Of a stretch of DNA of 55,924 bases, positions 39,366 to 49,137 are shown piece after piece. Origin of the DNA: Spirochaetia bacterium (GTDB taxonomy: Bacteria; Spirochaetota; Spirochaetia; DSM-27196; PWMO01); contig JAWLED010000004.1 in assembly GCA_041686235.1 (NCBI GenBank), positions 8,514-64,437 on the forward strand. The letters run 5' to 3'. How positions within the stretch are numbered: the stretch's first letter is position 1; each line of letters begins with the position of its first letter. Made by a program: the position numbers and the translations under genes. The notes under the pieces are model-generated. The model had not been told where the DNA came from, made no database searches, and saw nothing but the letters and a program-made list of their open reading frames with translations.

Positions 39366-41003
39366 CTATTTCTTTGTGACGGGCACCTTGTGGGGCGTGT
39401 GGCGTTTGGAAGAGGGGGCGAACACCCGGTAGTCGATATTTGGGAAAATGTTGTTCTTACGTTCTAAGCTGGTGAGCCATTCCGTGCCGATCGCCCCACG
39501 GCGGAGGGACTCGTAAATGCTGGTGAAGTTGTAGATATGTTCCTTCACCCGCCGCACGGCGTAGGACACGGTCGTGTCGGAACGCATGATAAAGGGCCAG
39601 TCCGACTGGACCGCAAGCAGCACCTCTCGCGCGGCCTGATTCAGCGCACGCTCTTTCAACCCGCTCTCGTCGGGGAACCGGCGCACGAGCTCCGTCATGC
39701 GCTCGACCGCCTTATGTGTGTGGGGGTACACCCAGTCGTTGCTGCCGTCCAGCCAGACCTCAGCGTATCCATTGGTTCCCCAACTCGAAAACGCGGGCTG
39801 CACCGTATGCTTTTCGATCGAGTTGTGTTTGAGGTACTCAGACGGAGTGGTCATCACCAGCTCTTCCCCGCTCTTGTGTATACTGCGGGCAAGCGCCTCG
39901 ATCCAGTCGGGACCCTCGAACCACCAGTGGCCGAACAGCTCGGCGTCGAACGGCGAGCTGATGACCGGTGGCTCGTCCATAAAGCTGCCGAGGCGGTCTA
40001 TGAGACGCAGCTGGCGGTAAAGAAAATTGTCCGCGTGCTTCTGCACCGTACGCCGGGCCTCCGCAGGGTCGTAAATGCGCTTGTCGTCGGTGTTACCCGT
40101 GACCGCATGATACTTGAAGCCGGTTGGGATACGGACTCTATCGTCGTGAATATAAGGCCCGATATAGTCGATGGGCAGATCATAGCCGATATCCCGAAAA
40201 AACTCGCGGTAGGTATGGTCGCCGGGATACCCCTCTTCGGGCGACCACACGGCATTCGTCGAATAGATGTCGCGCCCGAACACCGATAGGCCGTTCGGAC
40301 AGGAAACGGGCAAGTATACCCCTGCAGGCGGTTTATTGTAGGCAAAAAGCACCCCGTGCGTGGCCGCAAAAAAATATTGAAGCCCGTTGTTGGCAAGGTG
40401 CTCTTCGAAGCCCGGATAATACCCCGCCTCGGGGAACCAGAACCCCTTCGGATACTTGCCGAAGGTCTCCTTGTGAGACTGCACCGCAATGGAGACCTCG
40501 GCATCGATGAGCTGCGGATAACTCTCGTACAGCGGCAAAAACGGATGTGTCGCTGCGGTAGTCAACAGCTCCACCCGCCCTCGCTTGTAGTAATAGTCGA
40601 ACCCGGAAAGAATATTGTAGCTATACTTTTCAGTGAAATCGAGGTGATTCTGAGTGTAGAGCTCGTTATACAGCTGCGCTAGGCGATAGAGCTCGGGATC
40701 GTTCTTTGTCCGGTGCAACTCTTTCTCAGCCAGCTCCAGCATCTTTTCCAGATGAGCAACGTAGCGCACCTGAAGCAACTCGTCCTGCAGCATGCCGCTG
40801 AGCGTGGGAGATATCGAAAACGTGAGCTTGAACGGCACGCCGTCCGCCTCGAGTCGGTCCATTACCCTCAACAGAGGAAGATAGGTTTCCGAGATCGCCT
40901 CAAAGAGCCAATTCTCTTCGAGAAAGCTTTCGTGTTCCGGATGCCGAACGTACGGAAGATGTGCGTGCAGCATGAGTATCAGATAGCCGCGAGGCATTGC
41001 CAC
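39366..41003 (-). CDS. GH57 glycoside hydrolase, alpha-1,4-glucan branching enzyme type (DUF1957)
   Basis: LHAHLPYVRHP, EAISETYLPL, WFPE (nucleophile Glu) and PFDAELFGHWWFEG (acid/base Asp). Confidence 0.9.
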   Translation of the reverse strand: MAMPRGYLILMLHAHLPYVRHPEHESFLEENWLFEAISETYLPLLRVMDRLEADGVPFKLTFSISPTLSGMLQDELLQVRYVAHLEKMLELAEKELHRTKNDPELYRLAQLYNELYTQNHLDFTEKYSYNILSGFDYYYKRGRVELLTTAATHPFLPLYESYPQLIDAEVSIAVQSHKETFGKYPKGFWFPEAGYYPGFEEHLANNGLQYFFAATHGVLFAYNKPPAGVYLPVSCPNGLSVFGRDIYSTNAVWSPEEGYPGDHTYREFFRDIGYDLPIDYIGPYIHDDRVRIPTGFKYHAVTGNTDDKRIYDPAEARRTVQKHADNFLYRQLRLIDRLGSFMDEPPVISSPFDAELFGHWWFEGPDWIEALARSIHKSGEELVMTTPSEYLKHNSIEKHTVQPAFSSWGTNGYAEVWLDGSNDWVYPHTHKAVERMTELVRRFPDESGLKERALNQAAREVLLAVQSDWPFIMRSDTTVSYAVRRVKEHIYNFTSIYESLRRGAIGTEWLTSLERKNNIFPNIDYRVFAPSSKRHTPHKVPVTKK

Positions 41004-41007
41004 TCCT

Positions 41008-41724
41008 CTAAAAGTGCTCGTCCATCAGACCAAGAATCCGCTGGGGCACAGCGTCTCCGAAGGATGTTACGTGCAGTTTATCCAACCCCGAGTACGCGAT
41101 CACGTGGTCCGAGGCTGAAACATCATCCTTGTGCTCATCGGAGAGACCTCCCGGGGGCACAAGAATGGTGTTGGAGCCGGCGAGCCGAGTCTCGCCTTCA
41201 TCTCCGCGGGAAATAAGGTCGATCCAATAGTATGTCTCGGGTTTGGGTAAATTGATATACCACGTTCGGTCGCTCGGCTGCACCGGAATATCGAACTGCT
41301 GAGCCCCATCCGATTGCGGCTCTACGCTGCCCGATACCCGGAGAACGAGATCGAGGTCCTCCTCTTCTAACTCCAGCTCCTCGAGCGTCGAGCCGCCGAT
41401 TTCCCAGTATGCAAACGCCCACGCCGGATCTCTGATGAGGAGCACGATCCGAGTATCATTGTAGTCTTGGGGCAATGCGGCGTCGTCGGGAACGTCGTAG
41501 AGTCCCTCGAGCTCCGTCCCCTCGAGAAGTACGTACTTCTTCTCTTCGACCTTCACCGGATTGGTATCGGATGCCTCTTTCTCGAGACGGTTTTCTTCGA
41601 TCGCGTCGAACACGAGCTCCAAGAGTGTTTCCCGAGGCGTAGCCTCAGTAAACTCTACATCGTGGTGACGGGCCATCCTTTTGAGGGACTCAAGAGACAG
41701 GGCCTCTAATCTATGTCGAACCAT
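41008..41724 (-). CDS. DUF4912-domain protein
   Basis: LPQDYNDTRIVLLIRDPAWAFAYWE, WYI and SN motifs; this family usually sits next to GH57 genes. Confidence 0.8.
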   Translation of the reverse strand: MVRHRLEALSLESLKRMARHHDVEFTEATPRETLLELVFDAIEENRLEKEASDTNPVKVEEKKYVLLEGTELEGLYDVPDDAALPQDYNDTRIVLLIRDPAWAFAYWEIGGSTLEELELEEEDLDLVLRVSGSVEPQSDGAQQFDIPVQPSDRTWYINLPKPETYYWIDLISRGDEGETRLAGSNTILVPPGGLSDEHKDDVSASDHVIAYSGLDKLHVTSFGDAVPQRILGLMDEHF

Positions 41725-41753
41725 ATATCACCCTCATGCGTTGCCCTAGCGGA

Positions 41754-41782
41754 ATAGTAGGCAACGGGCTACCCTCTGTCAA
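41754..41782 (-). promoter_or_regulatory. sigma70 promoter for DUF4912-GH57
   Basis: TTGACA-17 nt-TACTAT. Confidence 0.7.
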
Positions 41783-42620
41783 GGCGACGTGCCAAAACGA
41801 TCATAACATCTCCGACATTCAGACGCTTTGCCCACTTGTCCGCAAAACCCTTTAGCCGGGAGGGGCCCATACCTGCGGCGAGGCCGCCCCAACTGCGTTT
41901 CTTTACCACTTCGAACCCGGCATCCGCCAATAGCGTGCGAATAATGCGGTAGGAAAACAAATGCAGATGATCGGCGATGGCGGATCTCCACCGCCTACCG
42001 AAGAGTCGCGCCTGAAAACCCGAGAGATCGGGCGTGACCAGCACCAGATATCCGCCGGGCTTGGTCACACGGGCCGCCTCTTCGAGAAACAAGCGGGGAT
42101 CCGGCACATGTTCGATCAGGTGAGACAGGTGAACCACGTCGAATGAGCCGGCGGTCAACGTGCTCTCTTCCAGCGTCGCCACTTTGATCGCTACTCCCCG
42201 ATGATCTATTCCGTACCGTGCAGCGGGCTCGCAGATCTCCACCCCCTGCACGTTCCAACCGCGGTCTTTCATGTGCTCGAGCAACATCCCGGTAGCGCAT
42301 CCGACGTCGAGAAACCTTCGCGCTCCGTTGAGGGAATCCTCGAGGTGCTGAAACGAAATGTCGTTGAGCCCCTGCAACATGAGGCGAAAAAAGGCCTGCT
42401 CGTTTTCTATCTCATAATCGAAGTAGTTATCTTGATATCGGTTGCGCAAGTCGTCGAAAACAGGGCGAGGGCTCTGGTAGACATGCCCACATTGGCGACA
42501 GCCGACAAATCGGGCGTCGGGCAAAGAATAGCGCGTGCGTGATTCTCTTGCGCCACACACGGCACACTGCACCTCTTCGAACCGTTCGGTATCCGCCGGA
42601 CGCATCGAAAAGGTTTTCAT
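41769..42620 (-). CDS. Class I SAM-dependent methyltransferase with a degenerate N-terminal Cys cluster
   Basis: CAVC...CRQC, LDVGCATG, FDVV, HLIEHVPDP, KPGG. Confidence 0.85.
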   Translation of the reverse strand: MKTFSMRPADTERFEEVQCAVCGARESRTRYSLPDARFVGCRQCGHVYQSPRPVFDDLRNRYQDNYFDYEIENEQAFFRLMLQGLNDISFQHLEDSLNGARRFLDVGCATGMLLEHMKDRGWNVQGVEICEPAARYGIDHRGVAIKVATLEESTLTAGSFDVVHLSHLIEHVPDPRLFLEEAARVTKPGGYLVLVTPDLSGFQARLFGRRWRSAIADHLHLFSYRIIRTLLADAGFEVVKKRSWGGLAAGMGPSRLKGFADKWAKRLNVGDVMIVLARRLDRG

Positions 42621-43522
42621 TACTCCGTCTCTCCGAGAATCTCGTAGCTCATCACTTGTTCGTTGCCCGCATGGTCGACGGCGATGATTTCGAGCAAATT
42701 CGTACCCGGTGTAACATCGTAGGAGCCAAGTTGCATTCTCTCATCGGCGCCATACATACCCGCTCCCGTTCCCCTCTTACTGAAACGCATCTCGCCGTCG
42801 GCTAACACGAGCGTCTCGAGGGTTACCGAGAACTCCTGTTCCCCGTTCATGAGCACGGAAACCGAATGGGGGGTCCCCTCGCCGCGATACACGCCCCCGC
42901 CGTCTCCGTCATAGATTCTCGCGCTCAGCTGCGCCCGACCCTCGGTGACCGCCTCGGATTCCGCCTCGTCGGCGCTCGAGGACCAGATCCGCCGGTCCCC
43001 GCGAGATAACTCGACCTCTTCGATCTGCGGTGCGCTCTCGTCTTCGAGCTTCGGGAGAATGCTCAGGGGATTTACGTACGCGTGCCGCTGCACGTCGATA
43101 ATCCGAAACCCGAGGGTATTTCCCCCGCGCAGGCCGGTTCGCCCCACACCTCCGAGCGTCGCTCCCTCCCCCACCGAGGAATCGTCGAGCTCCACTTGGC
43201 GGTCGAGATGTGCATACAGCGAACGAAAGTCGCCTTCGTGCTCGAGTACCACAAAGCTTCCGAGCGCATACGGGATATCCCCGCGGGATTGAGGTGCACG
43301 GGCGGCGAATACGAGCTCGCCCTCTTCGGCCGAGAGCACCTCGTCGGAGTCGGACAGGAGCTCTACCCCCGGCGATACCGACTCATTGCTCGGCTCACCG
43401 AAGCTCGTTTCGATCTCGAAGTTCGTCATGGGCCACTGCCAGCCGCCGAGTAGCATGATTAGCCCTGACGCTATCACGCCGACCGCCACCGCGTGAACTA
43501 GCCGTCTACCAGCTCGATGCAC
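42620..43522 (-). CDS. M23 peptidase-like protein with degenerate Zn ligands
   Basis: WQWP, GSFVVLEH, SLYAHL, GRTG, VNPL and an N-terminal signal/TM segment. The start is uncertain. Confidence 0.75.
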   Translation of the reverse strand: MHRAGRRLVHAVAVGVIASGLIMLLGGWQWPMTNFEIETSFGEPSNESVSPGVELLSDSDEVLSAEEGELVFAARAPQSRGDIPYALGSFVVLEHEGDFRSLYAHLDRQVELDDSSVGEGATLGGVGRTGLRGGNTLGFRIIDVQRHAYVNPLSILPKLEDESAPQIEEVELSRGDRRIWSSSADEAESEAVTEGRAQLSARIYDGDGGGVYRGEGTPHSVSVLMNGEQEFSVTLETLVLADGEMRFSKRGTGAGMYGADERMQLGSYDVTPGTNLLEIIAVDHAGNEQVMSYEILGETE

Positions 43523-44652
43523 GCAAGCATCCCCCTCGTTCCCAAATAGATCCGAGAACCTTCAGTACGCAAAAAGACCTCTTGGCCGGAGAGTGACTCC
43601 GAGATGAGGGTTCCGTCGGCTCCCAGCATCGCGTGTAAGCGCCGAGACTCCGTCTCGCCGGCACCATCGTCCTCCGATATGCCGCCGTCCGTCGGGCCGG
43701 CGCCGGACACCGAGACCACCATATCGAAATCGGAGATCGTATCGAGCGCCCGAACCGGCCCCCCGAGATCTATGTGTGTTACCTCGTCGTCACTTCGGTC
43801 GTACATCAACATCCCGTCGGGCTGCTCCAATACGAGCACATCCCCGCCCGCGAGAAACTCGAGCAGTACGGATCTACGGTAGTCTGTATCGAGCTCGAGT
43901 TGCAAGGCGGGAAAAAACCCCTCGCTGTGGCGTTCAAAGACAATGAGCTGTTGGGGGTCTGCGCCGACGAGTGCCGCAAACGCGTTTTCGTCGGAGCCGG
44001 CCGCTACCGAAAGTGCGACCTCGAGCCGCGGGCCTTCGGCGCGGTGTGAGAATGTCGTTTCCCCTTGTTCGTCAAGCAGTTGGACCTCACCGTTGAGCAA
44101 TGCCACCGCGGTATGGGTGTCTCCCGCAGCCAGGTCGGTAAGGACGGACAAGAACTCCCTCTCCCACAGCAGTTCCCCGTCGGTCGTCCATTCGGACACC
44201 GAGCTTCCGTTGGGAGCAAAGATGAAGAGCCGATCCTGCGCTACGTAGGGGTAGCCGGGCGCACCGATGCTGCGCACGAGTGAGCCGTCATTGCTCTGTA
44301 GGACGGTATTCTCGCTTACCACCGAGTAATTGGCGAAATATTCACGCGATTGGGCAAGCCCATAGCGAATCTCCTCCGAGAAGAGAATCTCGCCGTCGGA
44401 GGAGAAATACCCAAACCGCTCTCCGAGTCGAAAGGGCATGATACGCGCGGCGGAAGACTCGTCCGGTTCCTCCTGTCGCTGCGTGCCACCCTCCTCGGCT
44501 CCGTTGCCCTCGCCGCCCGAAGCGTCCCCGTCGAGGGAGGAGACCCAGCGCCGCTGCAACAGCGGCTCGGTGCCGGTGGGCCCGGGGAAAATCAGAACAT
44601 AGGCAAACACGAGTATGAGCACGAGCAGTGCGGTTCGCGGTCGTTTCGGCAT
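43498..44652 (-). CDS. Membrane-anchored beta-propeller-like (PQQ/WD-like) protein
   Basis: N-terminal TM anchor and repeated D-G-x-L-W beta-strand motifs (DGEILF, DGSLV, DGELLW, QGETTF). Confidence 0.6.
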   Translation of the reverse strand: MPKRPRTALLVLILVFAYVLIFPGPTGTEPLLQRRWVSSLDGDASGGEGNGAEEGGTQRQEEPDESSAARIMPFRLGERFGYFSSDGEILFSEEIRYGLAQSREYFANYSVVSENTVLQSNDGSLVRSIGAPGYPYVAQDRLFIFAPNGSSVSEWTTDGELLWEREFLSVLTDLAAGDTHTAVALLNGEVQLLDEQGETTFSHRAEGPRLEVALSVAAGSDENAFAALVGADPQQLIVFERHSEGFFPALQLELDTDYRRSVLLEFLAGGDVLVLEQPDGMLMYDRSDDEVTHIDLGGPVRALDTISDFDMVVSVSGAGPTDGGISEDDGAGETESRRLHAMLGADGTLISESLSGQEVFLRTEGSRIYLGTRGMLACIELVDG

Positions 44653-44657
44653 TTCGA

Positions 44658-45464
44658 TTACGTCTTTGCCGAGCGTGCGTTACGCTCGTCGGTATCCATT
44701 TTCGTCTTCCAGACATCCATCTTCTTCTTCACCGTGTCCGCGTTCTGACTCTCGCCCACCATGATGTGCAGCCGACGAAGTGCCGAAAGATAAGAGATTG
44801 CAAGCTTGAAATCGTCGATGCGGAGGGTGGAAAGCTCGTATTTTTCCCGGTAACGGTCCGCCGACCGCTGCAACAGTTCTTTGGCCAGATTGAGGTGATT
44901 GAGACGCGCCTGATAGCCCTCCACTCGAGGGTCGAGGCGGGCCATGAGCGTTTTCATGTTGAGAAAGTTCTTCGTTATGGTGGCGTAGCGCCCTTCGAGC
45001 TCGACGAAAGACCACTTCCACTTACTGTTATCGCCGAAATCGTCCTCGACCGATTGGATGGTAAACCCGAGTTTTTGCACCATGGCATACCGTTTCTGGT
45101 CGTCGAGATCTTCTATCTTCTCGAGAAACTCGCTGTAGTCCGAAAACGGCGCATCGAGACGGTTGGAAACGACCTCTTCGAGGTAGATCACCGCCTGATA
45201 ACAGCTCTTTCGCCCATCGTTGAGAAAGGCCTCGTTCTTGACCCCGAGCAAGGCCACAGAGAGGCGATTGAGCAGCAGGTAGTACGATGCTAAGTTCAGC
45301 CGCTCGCCGGCGAGGGTGAGTCGCTTGTATTGCGCCGAGGGGTCGTCACCACGCACGGTGCCGGCGAGATTCTTCTCCCGGGCGAGGATGGTCTCAGTTT
45401 CCTGTTTGTACTCCTTGACCTTGTCGAAATACCGGCGTTTTGCCTCGCCTGAGATCTTCGCCAT
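44658..45464 (-). CDS. Conserved spirochete hypothetical protein, alpha-helical and cytoplasmic
   Basis: 268-aa ORF starting 3 bp after recN; no recognisable motif. Confidence 0.75.
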   Translation of the reverse strand: MAKISGEAKRRYFDKVKEYKQETETILAREKNLAGTVRGDDPSAQYKRLTLAGERLNLASYYLLLNRLSVALLGVKNEAFLNDGRKSCYQAVIYLEEVVSNRLDAPFSDYSEFLEKIEDLDDQKRYAMVQKLGFTIQSVEDDFGDNSKWKWSFVELEGRYATITKNFLNMKTLMARLDPRVEGYQARLNHLNLAKELLQRSADRYREKYELSTLRIDDFKLAISYLSALRRLHIMVGESQNADTVKKKMDVWKTKMDTDERNARSAKT

Positions 45465-45466
45465 AG

Positions 45467-47161
45467 TTACGCGGTCTTACTCCCATACTTCTCGAGCAGC
45501 TCTTCTGCGTGGCTGCGAGAGGTTTTGCCTGTTCGGTCTCCGGCAAGCATACGTGCGATCTCCTCGACCCGCTCACTGCCCTCCACGACACCTACTCGTG
45601 TAATGGTGCGCTCTTGCTCGACCACCTTCTCGACTTTCAGGTGATTATCGGCGCGAACGGCAATTGATGCAAGGTGCGTAATGCAGAGCACTTGCTTGGT
45701 CTCGGATAATTGCCGCAGGTACTCACCGACCGCCAACGCGACCTCTCCGCCGATACCCGCATCTATTTCGTCGAACACCAGTGTCTGTATTTGGTCTTCT
45801 TCGGCAAGCACCGTCTTTATGGCCAACATGACCCGCGATATTTCACCACCGGAGGCGATTTCCTTGAGCGCCTTCACCGGCTCGCCGACGTTCGGAGCCA
45901 ACCGGAAGGCGACGGAGTCTATACCGAAGCTCCCGCACACCGGTTTTCCCGCCTCCGACATCTTTTGTTCGACGGCGATGTGAAACTCAGTCTTGTTCAT
46001 CCCGAGCGACCCGAGTATATCCTCTATGCGCGTTCGCAGCTCCTCCGCCGCCTCTTTGCGCTTGGCTGAGATCGCCTGTGCCATCTTACGGACCTCCGCC
46101 TCGGCTCGCTGTATCTCTTCCTCGATGTGAGCCTTGTCTTCCTCGTAGTTCTCGAGCGCCGACAATTGCTCGCGCGCCTCCTCGGCATAGCGCAGCACCG
46201 ACGCAACATCCGGGCCGTACTTCTTCTCGAGCTTATGTATGTTTGCGAGGCGGTCCTCAACCTGCTCGAGACGCTCGGCGCTGAACTCCACCTTCGAGGT
46301 ATAATCTCGAACGGTTTCGGCAATGTCCTCCAACTCGAAAAACGCATCGTCGAGGCGCTTCGCAAGCGAGGACACTCCCGAGTCGATACTGCTTACCGTC
46401 TCCATCGCGTGACGAGAGTCTCTCAGCCGGCCCAGTGCGCCCCCGCGGCTCTCGGCAATCGATTCGTAGAGCCGCTCGAGGTTCTCGAATAGCTTCTCAT
46501 GCTGATTGAGGATGGAGCGTTCCTGCCCGAGCTCTTCCTCCTCCCCCTCTTTGAGCTCCGCCTCGTCGATTTCCCCTACGGCGAAATTGAGGAAATCCAT
46601 CTCGCGCAGGCGCTCCTGCTCGCTCGACACCAACCGCTCGCGCCGTCGCTTGAGGTTGGACAGCTCGCTGAACCGCTTCGAAAGCGCCTCTACCTCTCCC
46701 TCGAGTCCGGCATAGCGGTCGAGAAGCTTACGGTGGTTATCCTCGCTCAACAGAGACTGATGCTCATGTTGGCCGTGCAGATCGAGAATGAGGTCGGTGA
46801 GCTCCTGGAGATCACTTCGAGTAATCGGGGCGGACTGCACATAGATGGTGCCCCGGCCGCTGCGTTTCACCGTCCTGCGCACGATGACCCCGCCGTCCTC
46901 GGGTTCCACCCCCCGCTCGGAAAGCCATTGCGCGGCGTCCGAACCGTCCTCTACGGCAAACATGCCGCTGACCATCGTCTCATCGGCGCCCGAGCGAATC
47001 GAGCCGGTGTCCGCCCGGGAGCCGTGCAACAGCGACAAGGCCCCGGCAAGGATCGATTTTCCCGCCCCCGTTTCCCCGGATAGGACATTCATGCCGTCGG
47101 TGAACTCGATATTGAGACGGTCGATGAGCGCATAATTCTGGATGGTCAATTGCTCAAGCAC
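45467..47161 (-). CDS. recN: DNA repair protein RecN
   Basis: GETGAGKS, HGQHEHQ, ASGGEISR, FDEIDAGIGG, CITHL. GTG start at 47161 with a GGAGG SD. Confidence 0.97.
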   Translation of the reverse strand: MLEQLTIQNYALIDRLNIEFTDGMNVLSGETGAGKSILAGALSLLHGSRADTGSIRSGADETMVSGMFAVEDGSDAAQWLSERGVEPEDGGVIVRRTVKRSGRGTIYVQSAPITRSDLQELTDLILDLHGQHEHQSLLSEDNHRKLLDRYAGLEGEVEALSKRFSELSNLKRRRERLVSSEQERLREMDFLNFAVGEIDEAELKEGEEEELGQERSILNQHEKLFENLERLYESIAESRGGALGRLRDSRHAMETVSSIDSGVSSLAKRLDDAFFELEDIAETVRDYTSKVEFSAERLEQVEDRLANIHKLEKKYGPDVASVLRYAEEAREQLSALENYEEDKAHIEEEIQRAEAEVRKMAQAISAKRKEAAEELRTRIEDILGSLGMNKTEFHIAVEQKMSEAGKPVCGSFGIDSVAFRLAPNVGEPVKALKEIASGGEISRVMLAIKTVLAEEDQIQTLVFDEIDAGIGGEVALAVGEYLRQLSETKQVLCITHLASIAVRADNHLKVEKVVEQERTITRVGVVEGSERVEEIARMLAGDRTGKTSRSHAEELLEKYGSKTA

Positions 47162-48014
47162 TATCGCCTCCGGACCAATTGAGCTTTGTGCGAAGCACCT
47201 CGTAGAAGGTGCGCTTGTTTGACCGCACGATTCGTGCCCGTTCGCCATAGGCGCTCACCGTGACTCGGTCTCCGGGAATGAGGGGAAAATCCGACTGGCC
47301 GTCGACGGTCATGATGACGCCGGTGCGCTGACTCTCCTCTACCTCTACGACGATTTGCTCGTCGGCGGACATCACCAATGGTCGGTGAGAGAGGGTGAAG
47401 GGGCATATGGGGTTGAGGATCATCGCATCCATCTCCGGGTGCAGGATGGGGCCGCCGGCGGCCGCTGAATATGCGGTCGAGCCGGTGGGGGTGGCAATGA
47501 TAATGCCGTCCGCCCGATAGCGGCCGAGATAGGTATCCGACAGCCACACCGACAATCGCACGATCTTTGATATGCCTCCTGCCGAGATAACCGCATCGTT
47601 TAGACCGACGAACTCGCCGATGCGAGAGTCTTTTCGGTCCACGGTGACGCGAATCAGCAAGCGATCGCCGGCTTCTATCATACCGGAGCGGTAGCGCTCG
47701 AAGGCGCCAACCCACTCGTCGCGGGTGACCTCGGTGATGAAACCGAAGTTTCCGAGGTTTACCGGCAGAATGGGAATGCTGTGGGAGGATAGAATACGGC
47801 TCGAGAACAAGACCGTGCCGTCGCCGCCGAGCGAGATGGCGAGATCATAGTTTTCGAGCACGGGCTGGGCCGGTTTGCCTCGAAACGCAAACGTAACGAC
47901 CTCTATCCCTTGGTTCTCGAGATAGTTTCGTACATCTTCGGTGGCCTCCATGGCCGCGTCCTTTTCGACATTGGCAATGAGAAGCACCCTTTGGACGTCC
48001 ACCTTCATGGTCAC
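47154..48014 (-). CDS. nadK: NAD kinase
   Basis: GGDGT, NLGNFGF, ND, DG...TPTGSTAYS.AAGGP. Start is either GTG 48014 or ATG 48008. Confidence 0.95.
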   Translation of the reverse strand: MTMKVDVQRVLLIANVEKDAAMEATEDVRNYLENQGIEVVTFAFRGKPAQPVLENYDLAISLGGDGTVLFSSRILSSHSIPILPVNLGNFGFITEVTRDEWVGAFERYRSGMIEAGDRLLIRVTVDRKDSRIGEFVGLNDAVISAGGISKIVRLSVWLSDTYLGRYRADGIIIATPTGSTAYSAAAGGPILHPEMDAMILNPICPFTLSHRPLVMSADEQIVVEVEESQRTGVIMTVDGQSDFPLIPGDRVTVSAYGERARIVRSNKRTFYEVLRTKLNWSGGDSA

Positions 48015-48023
48015 CGCTTCTTC

Positions 48024-48052
48024 ACTATACTTACTGGGTTTTTCGATGTAAA
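48024..48052 (-). promoter_or_regulatory. sigma70 promoter for nadK-recN
   Basis: TTTACA-17 nt-TATAGT with A-tracts upstream. Confidence 0.7.
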
Positions 48053-48105
48053 GCTTGCGCTGCGCGGCACATTTTTGCGGTTTTTGCCGAAATTTCTTTT
48101 GCGGC

Positions 48106-49131
48106 TCACGGTAGTGTGGAAAGGATTCGCGAAATCCGCTCCGCCTCGCTGTTTCTTAGCAACGGATACAAGGGGAAGCGCACGCATCGCAAGTAATAAG
48201 AGTGAGCCGTGGGGAATTGTTCCTCGAGCTCGGGTCTGCGCGCGAGAATACTGTTTGAGAACGCCGGCACCGCCTCCACGTCGTGTTTTCGCGCATAGGC
48301 TATGGCCTCTTTCATGCCGGTTTCGAGAATGACCGGAAAGGAGTAGAAGACGTTCTCCCCGTCGCCCGACTGAACCGGCATGCGATGGCGGCTGCCACTC
48401 ACCGAACGTGAGAGCTGCGCGGCCAGCTCTCGGCGCCTGTCCACGTAGCGCTCGATCTCCTTCATTTGCGTAAGCCCGAGAGCGCTGTTCACATCGGGCA
48501 GGAGTACTTCGGGGGTGAGGGTTTCCCCGCGCGATTTGAGTGTCGACTGTTCCTTGCGCCCGGCTGCAAGCACGAGCGCTCCACCTCCGGCGGTGATGAT
48601 GTGTTCGGGCTCGAGCCCCACCAGCGTGTACCGGCCGAAGGTGCCCGCCCGGCGCTCGCCGGTGTGTGCTCCGAGCCCCTGCGAGACATCTTCCACCATT
48701 GGGATCCCCAACGCCGCGAGCCCCTCGAGATCCGGCGTGTAGCCGAGCGTGGTATCGACAATGAGAGCCTCCGCGCCGTCCGGGGCCGCCGCCTGCACCG
48801 TTTCGGGGGTAATGACGGGAGCGGGCTCGGCAACCTCGGCGGGTAGGAACTGGAGGCCCAGATCCTCGAACACTTCGTTGTAGAGGGCGGGCAATAGCGG
48901 AGAGCCGACTACCCGACTTCCCGGCTGCAGGTTGAGCGCCTCTAACGCGATAGCGGCCGCACGCGGGTACTCACGCAGTGCAATGCCTTTTCTGCGATCG
49001 AGGTACTCACCAACCGCCTCTACGAGTTGTTTCGAGATGCGGTCGGGCCCAATGGTATCGGAGACCATGCAGGAGAGTACCGAGTCCATGTCCTTGCGCT
49101 TAATGGAGGGGCGTGCGATTGGAATGGCCAT
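48106..49131 (-). CDS. DegT/DnrJ/EryC1/StrS aminotransferase-fold protein with a degenerate active site
   Basis: IPIARP, EDVSQGLG, AGTFG, ITAGGGA, FPLYP; the PLP lysine position reads His. Confidence 0.8.
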   Translation of the reverse strand: MAIPIARPSIKRKDMDSVLSCMVSDTIGPDRISKQLVEAVGEYLDRRKGIALREYPRAAAIALEALNLQPGSRVVGSPLLPALYNEVFEDLGLQFLPAEVAEPAPVITPETVQAAAPDGAEALIVDTTLGYTPDLEGLAALGIPMVEDVSQGLGAHTGERRAGTFGRYTLVGLEPEHIITAGGGALVLAAGRKEQSTLKSRGETLTPEVLLPDVNSALGLTQMKEIERYVDRRRELAAQLSRSVSGSRHRMPVQSGDGENVFYSFPVILETGMKEAIAYARKHDVEAVPAFSNSILARRPELEEQFPTAHSYYLRCVRFPLYPLLRNSEAERISRILSTLP

Positions 49132-49137
49132 GGAGGG

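Noticed and set aside
7574-47083. Long plus-strand ORFs such as 7574-8716, 25101-26249, 30557-31909 and 36136-37281
   Set aside because: All are antisense to well-conserved genes, are expected from high-GC codon bias, and show no recognisable motifs.
26813-47248. N-terminal extensions on HslV, XerC, FtsZ, FtsW and RecN in the ORF track
   Set aside because: These come from longest-ORF calling and mostly overlap upstream genes. Downstream starts with SDs or stop/start overlaps fit better.
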